The notes beneath the pieces are model-generated. The model was not told the origin of the DNA. It ran no database searches and saw only the letters and a list, made by a program, of their open reading frames with translations. Positions 57,701-64,000 of a DNA stretch of 64,000 nucleotides are shown one piece after another. Position 1 is the first letter of the stretch, and each line of letters begins with the position of its first letter. Location of the stretch: the NCBI GenBank assembly GCA_019244185.1, contig JAFATB010000020.1, positions 1-64,000 of the forward strand, written 5' to 3'. This DNA is from Acidobacteriota bacterium. GTDB taxonomy: Bacteria; Acidobacteriota; Thermoanaerobaculia; Gp7-AA8. A program made the position numbers and the translations under genes.

Positions 57701-60700
57701 GCCGGTCACCGTGCTGACCAGCAACTCGCCCGATACAAGGTCATACGTCCGCTGTTCGGTCGTCGTTCCACCCGAATGGAGCGCGCTCGTCGTCGTGATC
57801 GTCGTCGGCTTGTCCGGCCAATGCGAATCGGCGTACGCAAACGTGGTGGTCACAGCGGCGCTGGTGCTGGTCAGTGTGACTGTCGCCAGTGAGGCGGACG
57901 TCTGGCGGCAATGATCGCTCACCGTCGACGGATCGCAGGCCGCCGGCCGCAGATACGTCTCTGTTGCCGTCAGTTGCGTCGGCGAATAGCTGTAGAGCGA
58001 GATGTAGCCGTCGGAGTTCTGCCGCCGCAGGACGCGGCCTCCGCCGTCATAGGCAACGACTTCGTCCTTCCCACAACTGCTGCAGCCGCCGTCATGACTC
58101 GTCGGCCGGTATGCGCCGCCGATCGGTTCCAGCTTCGCGTCCATGACCGCGCCGGCGCTGGTCGTAACTCTCGTCATGGTCGTGCCATCCGGTGCACTGA
58201 GGTCGTACTGGACGTTCGCGATCTCGTCCGAGGGACCGGACGAGCTCGTGGCGCGGCCGGTCGCGTCGTATTGATGCGATTCGATCAGTTTCCCCGCACC
58301 GTCGCGGATCTCCGTGATGCCGCTGCTGCCGTACACGTACGTCCGCCAGGTTCCTTCGGGACTGGTGACCTGCGTCAGTGCGCCGTTGGTGTACGCGTAT
58401 GTCCAGGTGAATCCCGCTGTCGCAATGGACGTGACGCTGCCGCTGGTGAGCGTCATGTCCCATACGACGCCGCTCCACGAGTCCGTGGCGGTGAGGCGCG
58501 TCAGTACGCCGTTCGTATAGAAGCGCTGCACGCTCGTACGGCGACCGGTGCCGACGTCGCGCAATCCACCGAAGAGACCATCAGTATTGAAGATCGTCTC
58601 GATTGTACCGCCGGGCGGGCGGTAGACGTATCCGCCAGCAGTCGCGTCGAACCGAAGCGTCCCCTTCGCGCCGGACGAGGTGGGCCACACTTGGACGCCG
58701 TCCGGGCCGAAGGCGATCTGCTGGTTATTAGCCGTCGTGAACTGCACGATCTCCGGCGCTTCCTCGGTGCTCCCCTCGACGTTCAGCTTCTGATCGAACA
58801 TCGTCATCCAGCCGGGACCGAAGATGCCGCCCTGTCCTTCGCCGCTGTCGAACGTGCGCTCGAGCGCGCCGCCCATCAGCGGCGGCAGCGGATCGACTTC
58901 GGCATAGCGCATGTTGCCGTCCGCCACGAATACCGGATCGCCGACTGTCCCATTGCAGACATTGCATTCCGTCGCCGCGTAGCCGCGCTGGAAACTCTCG
59001 CAGCCATGCGTCGGGTCGCTGTAGCGGGCCTCCGCGATCAGCGGGATCTGACGTGCGCTCGACGGCACCGTGAAGTCGCTCACCACGAAGGGACCGCTCG
59101 TGATCAGCGCCGGGTCATCGCCCGCCCACTCGTGAACGACCGTGCTCGGGAACGACCGCCCCATCGCGTCCGTCCACGCGGCGGTCCTCAAGACGAGCCG
59201 CCGCCCGGTCGCCTGCTCGGGAAAGTTGTAGCTCACGACCACGCTGATGAGATTTCGGCGGACCTTCTTGCTCGTAATGACAGGGTCGCTGTGGGGCAGC
59301 GGCGTGCACGCAGAGCAGCTTCCCACCGACTCGTCGTTGCTGTTGCAATAGTCTTTGAGGCTGAGCGTCATGCACGCTTCGGTGAGCGTCACGTTTTCGA
59401 ATGCCACGGCGTGCGCCGGAGCCGTGATCGTAACGATCAAAGGATCACCCTCGTTCTCGACGGGCAACGACGAGACAGGCTCGGCGTCAGAAGGAGTAGT
59501 ACACGAGGGCGCTGTCCAGTCGAATCGCATCAGGCCGGCCGCGGAGAAGTCTCCGTTATCGGGCGTAGTTAGCGCATAAAGCCCTGTAGAAAAATCTCCG
59601 ACCGCGTTGACGTAGGGTAAGAGCCCGGCAAATGCTATGGATCCGACTGCGCCGTCCGGGGCGACGACTCGCAAATGATCTTCCACTTGCCCCGGATCGG
59701 CATACATGCTTCCGTCATCGCTGAACGCCGTAACGTCAGAAGAATCTGGAAGGACAATACTCCACAGGCTTTGCCCGGAGGCGTCGAGCCGTGTCGCAGG
59801 CGGCCACAGTGATGTCGTGCCGTCGTCGTTGAAATGCATGCGTGTGGCGGTGTTCGTGGTGGATGGTTCCAACGCCCATTGCACCGAGCCAGCGTTGACC
59901 CGGGCCACGAACGCATGGCTCGCATACTCATTATTGATGATGTGTTGTGCGAACGTGCCGGACATCAAGTACCCACCCGGTGCGGGTGCCACCGCGTGAA
60001 GGTAGGAAACGGGCGACGGCTCGTCACCGCCGGAAACCATCGCGGCGAAGGAAGTGGTGGACACAATTTGGCCGGCGTCGCTGATTTCGGCGAGTACCGC
60101 GCCCGTGAGCCGGTCGGCATCAACCACCGAGCCGACGATCACCAGCCACCGGTCCGGCGTGACGCGTGCCAGATACTGAGCGGTCGTACGGTTGTCCTCC
60201 GCGCCTGCGTCAACCGTTTTCGCCCACAGGACATCGCCATCGGGCGCTACACGGAACAGAACGGATTGAATTCGCGCGTCCGGCTCATTGGCGGACGTAT
60301 GCGCAAGCACGATCGCACCGCCGTCGTCCGTCGGAGACAACGCGTCGCCCCGCAGGCAGGGAGCCAGCGAATACCGGTGCCGCGCAACTGCGCCGCCGGT
60401 GCCATCGACTGTCCACAATTCGACAGCCTCGCCGTTCGCCCAGTAACACTCGAGTCTATTGGAGTCGGACTGCGGCGCATGCCGCGCAAGCGCGCCACGC
60501 CGGCTGGTCAGGCGATTGCCTGCACCCTGCTGCGAACTACCCGCCGCAACGTCGAAGAGAAAGAGCGCACCACCGTTTGCAGAATCGACGGCCGCCACGG
60601 GATCAAGGTCGCCGCCGTCCGCAGGCGGGTCGAAGGTTTGGACCCAGGTATTCGTTCCTGCGCTTTGGACATGGTATGGCATCCTGAATGCCATACGCGA

Positions 60701-60799
60701 AAGCGCCGCGCTGTCGTTTACGGTGCCAGCACGCACAGTGCTTCCCGCGCCTGCAGCGAGGATAAAAATCGCAGCGACCTTCAGCGTTCGCATTCGCAT
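54767..60799 (-). CDS. Rhs/YD-repeat protein with signal peptide, DUF6531-like region and C-terminal toxin domain
   Basis: Signal MRMRTLKVAAIFILAAGAGSTVRA; VGDPVFVADGN...FGPGW; many YD repeats; core DHLGTP, YEPFG, RFPGQ, GRYTQADP, NLYRY...DPDGL, then a ~160-aa tip. Confidence 0.93.
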   Translation of the reverse strand: MRMRTLKVAAIFILAAGAGSTVRAGTVNDSAALSRMAFRMPYHVQSAGTNTWVQTFDPPADGGDLDPVAAVDSANGGALFLFDVAAGSSQQGAGNRLTSRRGALARHAPQSDSNRLECYWANGEAVELWTVDGTGGAVARHRYSLAPCLRGDALSPTDDGGAIVLAHTSANEPDARIQSVLFRVAPDGDVLWAKTVDAGAEDNRTTAQYLARVTPDRWLVIVGSVVDADRLTGAVLAEISDAGQIVSTTSFAAMVSGGDEPSPVSYLHAVAPAPGGYLMSGTFAQHIINNEYASHAFVARVNAGSVQWALEPSTTNTATRMHFNDDGTTSLWPPATRLDASGQSLWSIVLPDSSDVTAFSDDGSMYADPGQVEDHLRVVAPDGAVGSIAFAGLLPYVNAVGDFSTGLYALTTPDNGDFSAAGLMRFDWTAPSCTTPSDAEPVSSLPVENEGDPLIVTITAPAHAVAFENVTLTEACMTLSLKDYCNSNDESVGSCSACTPLPHSDPVITSKKVRRNLISVVVSYNFPEQATGRRLVLRTAAWTDAMGRSFPSTVVHEWAGDDPALITSGPFVVSDFTVPSSARQIPLIAEARYSDPTHGCESFQRGYAATECNVCNGTVGDPVFVADGNMRYAEVDPLPPLMGGALERTFDSGEGQGGIFGPGWMTMFDQKLNVEGSTEEAPEIVQFTTANNQQIAFGPDGVQVWPTSSGAKGTLRFDATAGGYVYRPPGGTIETIFNTDGLFGGLRDVGTGRRTSVQRFYTNGVLTRLTATDSWSGVVWDMTLTSGSVTSIATAGFTWTYAYTNGALTQVTSPEGTWRTYVYGSSGITEIRDGAGKLIESHQYDATGRATSSSGPSDEIANVQYDLSAPDGTTMTRVTTSAGAVMDAKLEPIGGAYRPTSHDGGCSSCGKDEVVAYDGGGRVLRRQNSDGYISLYSYSPTQLTATETYLRPAACDPSTVSDHCRQTSASLATVTLTSTSAAVTTTFAYADSHWPDKPTTITTTSALHSGGTTTEQRTYDLVSGELLVSTVTGWTGSVTQQQTTRTTTTAMYDGTEGAAFEPGGAFTWTASPQPHLPRSVDGPRTDVADVTEYVYYPNESTVPAFARGRLAATRDAAGHVTRFETYDAFGNATRIVDPNEVVTVTATDDLGRVLTQTIQGGHGCDTVYDPLCATNLTTTWTYNGAAALASVTKPTGAATAYEYDDRGRISAISRGPALNDLRERLEYDYDAATGKPSQQRALARENNAWAEKHRTSWTYDTLSRIAHAVNADNTFVSYTYDPSDRIATIQDENHSTPNTQYAYDPAGRVRSVTQTLSSSTSGSVVTQYASDVAGNVSQVTDPNGNITTYTFDDFGQLLRQVSPVTGTTTYVYDAGGDLTSMTDANGATTTRTYDAVGRLTEAESARSGADTETVTYEYDGDACGGGYGVGRLTTMNDPVGESAYCYDRRGLLLTTIDGNGSSVGYRYDLDGNRNHIYYPSTLDVTYTYDFAGRPSSVTASGTPVVTAASYLPFGPATQLAFGNGATKTTTYTSRYLPSDNQLVGPNGTIAHYTYATSDAGDITQIHDATSAAYNRDFAYDDLHRLVTATGGASLWGTGSYTYDAMGNMQTLTLGTRSLTFSYSGTTPKLQSVSGTAPATVTYDSAGNETSSGSYSARNLLQSVGSLSSGTTYQYDGRGVRITETFHASQSSSTSTFVYSPELHLLARNAPDQNCGLHGCTDLSADYVWFDDQPVAQVSPAGDVLYTFTDHLGTPILQTDADASVVWRAEYEPFGAVYKQRTGTTSDQILRFPGQEQTASRSDTNYNIFRWYRAGWGRYTQADPTGFGGGDRNLYRYSHANAVNASDPDGLSGYVTIYSEANAGNSAPVWDGHAFIVYQSDDGEATSWGTFGFGVKASRGLNENWELDHRSDYFERTGEYDVVSRTMWIDDQQEAALRKTVERYRALGTGAWQATHPCSGFAADAWAAATGERYTDFDPGDVYHNPATLARHLRAANRGLGARVVRWRSRN

Positions 60800-60938
60800 G
60801 GTGAGTTTCCTTTTCATCGAACAAAATCGACGGCACGAATCTGTTACTCCCGATACGCTTCGCGTCGTCGTGATGCGGCGTGCTCTCGCTCTTTTGGCTG
60901 TAGGCGGTCGCATCGACCGACAGCGTACGCGAACCGCG

Positions 60939-60954
60939 CGAACATAAATGTTCG
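60939..60954. promoter_or_regulatory. Palindromic operator candidate between the divergent rhs and sigma genes
   Basis: CGAACAT-AA-ATGTTCG; a second palindrome CGGTCG-CAT-CGACCG at 60905-60919. Confidence 0.4.
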
Positions 60955-60980
60955 TTCGATGTGGATGACAATAGGTAGGG

Positions 60981-61907
60981 ATGGACCGCTTTCGCGACAC
61001 TCCTCCGGTGGTGAAGCGGGACGAGCAGACATGGTCGCGCCTGGGCGCGTTCTTCCGTGATCTACACCTGAGCCCTGCGGACGTTGCGCGGCGCACGCGG
61101 CGAATCGCGAGTCTGCTGCGCGTCGAACCGCTGAGCGCCGGGCATGTCCGGCGGCTCTTCCGCAGCACGGAGGGCGCACGTACGCAGACGATCCGGCTCC
61201 TGGTGGCCGTCGCCCGCAGCCTCAGCGGCATCCTGGTGGAAGCGCACGACTTGTTCGACCTGGAACCGCGACTGGCCGCCGTCGCGCGAGCGGCCATCGC
61301 CGGCGATGGCCATCTGCCTGATAGCTGGAGGCCGCGCCTTTCGGTATTCTCGCCACCGTCGGCGGTTCGTCTTGGGAGAATGCCTTTGACATCGGACGGC
61401 GAGCATCGCTCCGCTGCGGAAACCCTCGAGGTGATGTATCGCGAACACGCGGGACTTCTGCGCGCGACGGCACGCGTTCGCTACCGTATCCCAGCCGAGG
61501 ACATCGATGCGCTGGTGAACGACGTCTTCGCCTCGCTGTTGGAACGCCGCCCACGTATCCACGACGCACGCGCGTTTCTCCTCGGCGCGATTGGCAATAG
61601 CTGCCGCCACTACTGGCGTAAGCGACGGCACGAGTCGCCGCTACTCCCAGAACATGAAGAGGCGAGCGACCCAGCGGCGGCGGATCGCATCGAACAATGG
61701 ACCAGACATTCGGAAGTAGGAGCGATCCTCGCGCGAGTCGGACCGAAGTGCCGCGACATCATGCGGCGGCACTACCTCGAGGGGGAGCTGGGACCCATCC
61801 TCGCTAAACGGCTCGGCACGACCCCCGGTTACGTCAAACAGCTGCTCCACGGCTGCCTGAAACGTGCGCGCGAGGTCTACAGCAGGCTAAAGGAACCACG
61901 TGTATGA
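60981..61907 (+). CDS. ECF sigma factor with N-terminal XRE/HTH-like extension
   Basis: Region 2 EDIDALVNDVF...RAFLLGAIGNSCRHYWR; region 4 KCRDIMRRHYLEG...LAKRLGTTPGYVKQLLHGCLKRAR; N-term LGAFFRDLHLSPADVAR...LSAGHVRRL...HDLFDL is HTH-like. Confidence 0.82.
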   Translation: MDRFRDTPPVVKRDEQTWSRLGAFFRDLHLSPADVARRTRRIASLLRVEPLSAGHVRRLFRSTEGARTQTIRLLVAVARSLSGILVEAHDLFDLEPRLAAVARAAIAGDGHLPDSWRPRLSVFSPPSAVRLGRMPLTSDGEHRSAAETLEVMYREHAGLLRATARVRYRIPAEDIDALVNDVFASLLERRPRIHDARAFLLGAIGNSCRHYWRKRRHESPLLPEHEEASDPAAADRIEQWTRHSEVGAILARVGPKCRDIMRRHYLEGELGPILAKRLGTTPGYVKQLLHGCLKRAREVYSRLKEPRV

Positions 61908-63265
61908 CGCATTACACCGACGACCAGTGGCTGGATTTCGCCGACGAATTCGTCGCCGCAGCGGACAGACCGCACATGGAACAGCATCTCGCGACGTGCG
62001 GCCAGTGCCGTTCCACGTATGCCCAAGTCGAGGAGTTTCGGTCCTCGCTCCAGCATCCGGACACGTGGCTGGTGTGCGACGCTCTGGTCAACACGGAATC
62101 GGCCCCTCCCGCATGGCTTCAGGAACAAGCCCGCCGCATCGACCGCGACAGGATCGATGCTCAAAAACGACTTGACAGTGCGCTCATCTCTCCGGCAGCG
62201 TTCGCCGTAGCCGCGATCGAGCAGCACGACGAGTACTACACGTCTGGAACAGTGGAACTGCTGACTGCGACTGCGCGAGCCGTGCGGTACCGGCAGCCGC
62301 CTTTCGCAGCGACGCTCTCTGCGGCAGCAACGACGATCGGCACCCGCCTCGCGCGCGATGGCGCGCTACGATCGCACGTCCTCCTGACATACGCGTGGGT
62401 CGAGAGAGCCGCAGCGTTGTTTTTCTGCGGCCGCTATCGCGACGCCGAACACGCTCTCGATTCCGCGCAGGCAACGCTCGACGAACGAAATGATGGCGTC
62501 GCCGTGGACGCAGCAATCATAGGCCTCCTGCGTGCAACCATCTGCTCTGAAACGGAACGACCGCGGGAGGCCGCTGCCTTGGCTGCGGCCGCCGAAAAAC
62601 AATTCGTGGAGTTCGGCGACGAGCGTAATGCCGCGGGTGCCCGCTTGATCCAAGGCACAGTGGCATTCTTCGAGCGCGATTTCGTGACCGCCGCGGCGAT
62701 CTACGAAGAGTTGGTGAGTCGCGCGCGCGCCGGTTCCGACGCCGTCGCGCTCGCGAATGCACTGGGCAGTGCTGCAGGCGCCTACGTGAAGATGTCGCAA
62801 TATGCGAAAGCTGAGGCCTATCTGTTGAAAGTTCTGCCTCTGTGGGACGAACTCGGGTCGATGGTGAATCGGATTCGGGCGGAATGGGTTCTCGGCGTCT
62901 CCTATGCCCATCAGCGCCGGTTCGATGAAGCGATGCCTGTTCTCCGGCGCGCCATTCAGGAACTGGAAGCGATGGGCAGCGCGAACGACGGCGCTGTCGT
63001 GAGGCTGTACCTGGCCGAAGCGCTCTGGTTCGCAGGGCGCAACGATGAGATTCCGCCGGTCGTGGAGGGCGTCGTGGTCAAGCTCGCAGCCGAGGGAATG
63101 AGCCAGCGAGCAAACTACGCGATCGCCTTCCTCCGCGACGCGTTGTCCGTAGGCCGCGCCGACGGCGCATTGATCCAGCACGTACGGGACTACCTGGACG
63201 ATCTGTTATCGCACCGGAACGCCGAATTTCGGCCGCCACAGCCGGCCGGAGAAAAAAACGTCTAA
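61904..63265 (+). CDS. zf-HC2 (ZAS) anti-sigma domain + TPR protein, apparently soluble
   Basis: HYTDDQW...HLATCGQC (HxxxCxxC); start overlaps the sigma stop; TPR-like helices; no evident TM segment. Confidence 0.8.
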   Translation: MTHYTDDQWLDFADEFVAAADRPHMEQHLATCGQCRSTYAQVEEFRSSLQHPDTWLVCDALVNTESAPPAWLQEQARRIDRDRIDAQKRLDSALISPAAFAVAAIEQHDEYYTSGTVELLTATARAVRYRQPPFAATLSAAATTIGTRLARDGALRSHVLLTYAWVERAAALFFCGRYRDAEHALDSAQATLDERNDGVAVDAAIIGLLRATICSETERPREAAALAAAAEKQFVEFGDERNAAGARLIQGTVAFFERDFVTAAAIYEELVSRARAGSDAVALANALGSAAGAYVKMSQYAKAEAYLLKVLPLWDELGSMVNRIRAEWVLGVSYAHQRRFDEAMPVLRRAIQELEAMGSANDGAVVRLYLAEALWFAGRNDEIPPVVEGVVVKLAAEGMSQRANYAIAFLRDALSVGRADGALIQHVRDYLDDLLSHRNAEFRPPQPAGEKNV

Positions 63266-63336
63266 CCCTTCTCTCACCGTCGTCACCTTGTCATCAGGAT
63301 CGCGCGCCAACTCCGGCCGTTCCGAAAGAAGGTGCC

Positions 63337-63603
63337 ATGCGGAAACTTTCTCTTCCCCTCGTTCTCGTACTCACACTCGCGTCCGCCCTTCCCGTGCACG
63401 CCGCCTCGGCGTCTGCGCCGGCTGGGACACGCCTCGGCATCCGGTCAGCGCTGCAAGTCACTGCTCGGCTCCTCGCGAGCGATCCCTTCCTCGCGGCAAT
63501 CACGCCGGTTCTCCACATTTTTTCCGACATGCCCGTGCCGCCCATCCCCGCGCCGCCCAAGCAGACGGCGCCAACGATTTTCCCGGCGGCGAGAGGCCAA
63601 TAA
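63337..63603 (+). CDS. Small secreted peptide with Pro-rich motif
   Basis: SD GAAGGT; Sec signal MRKLSLPLVLVLTLASALPVHA; IFSDMPVPPIP near the C-terminus. Confidence 0.65.
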   Translation: MRKLSLPLVLVLTLASALPVHAASASAPAGTRLGIRSALQVTARLLASDPFLAAITPVLHIFSDMPVPPIPAPPKQTAPTIFPAARGQ

Positions 63604-63719
63604 ACCGATAGGTAGCGCGCGGCGACATCGACGTGGCGCCGGCGGTCGGAACCCTTCATCGGCGGCTCGCGATTCGATCGCGTGCGCTCGCATCGACGGG
63701 CCACGTGCATGCAATCTTG

Positions 63720-64000
63720 CGTCCGATTACCGGATTCACGTGTCCAGTTGCCGGACTCGCTCGTCCATTTCCCGGATTCAATCCAGAAATCTTGGCTTTC
63801 ACGCGTCCAGTTCCCGGATGCATCCCAGAATTTTCGGCTTTCATGCGACTGATTCTGGTTTTCATCCCAGAATTTCTGGCTTTCATGCGACCGATTCTGG
63901 CTTTCAATCCAGAATTTCTGGCTTTCATGCGAGCGATTCTGGCTTTCAATCCAGAATTTCTGGCTTTCATGCGACTGATTCTGGCTTTCAATCCAGAATT
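63720..64000. repeat. 21-bp tandem repeat (alternating 42-bp dimer), runs off the window
   Basis: Alternating TTTCAATCCAGAATTTCTGGC and TTTCATGCGACTGATTCTGGC, degenerating leftwards; - strand reads 7-aa units such as MKARNSG/LKARISR. Confidence 0.9.

Noticed and set aside
60939-60954. LexA/SOS box
   Set aside because: CGAAC-N6-GTTCG does not match the GAAC-N4-GTTC or GTTC-N7-GTTC spacings I know; kept only as a generic operator candidate.
60800-61297. Extended Rhs N-terminus from the ORF track (start 61297)
   Set aside because: It overlaps the sigma gene on the opposite strand; the SD and signal peptide support ATG 60799.
63720-64000. CRISPR array
   Set aside because: Units are 21 bp, the intervening sequences are themselves repeats rather than unique spacers, and no cas genes are in the window.

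Overview
High-GC bacterial DNA; the gene style suggests Acidobacteriota, possibly Thermoanaerobaculia (inference only). From left to right: (1) a membrane HAMP / degenerate-cyclase / Ser-Thr kinase with a secreted cupredoxin-like partner; (2) a structured intergenic candidate sRNA; (3) a Wzm/Wzt glycan-export cluster with a duplicated Wzt + O-acyltransferase module and an embedded tRNA-Leu(UAA); (4) a lasso-peptide-type RiPP operon with RRE, B2 protease, cyclase and a 48-aa precursor absent from the ORF track, followed by an RRE-fused TylF/MycF sugar O-methyltransferase, a glycosyltransferase-like protein, an HPr-kinase-like kinase and a nucleotidyltransferase-GT2 fusion; (5) a lipase pair, an M61 peptidase and a TPR-CHAT / unknown partner / trypsin-like cassette; (6) a kinase-NTPase-TPR-GAF-sigma54 activator and a divergent kinase; (7) nadA, an Smr protein, an MglA-like GTPase, a ~160-bp palindrome, thrC, a large secreted repeat protein and lpdA-E1alpha-E1beta; (8) a signal-peptide-bearing Rhs toxin/immunity pair divergent from an HTH-ECF sigma / zinc-finger-TPR / small secreted peptide module, then a 21-bp tandem repeat at the window edge. 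The best novelty candidates are the glyco-lasso cluster and the ECF-TPR-peptide module beside the Rhs. All calls come from reading motifs by eye; no database search was run.
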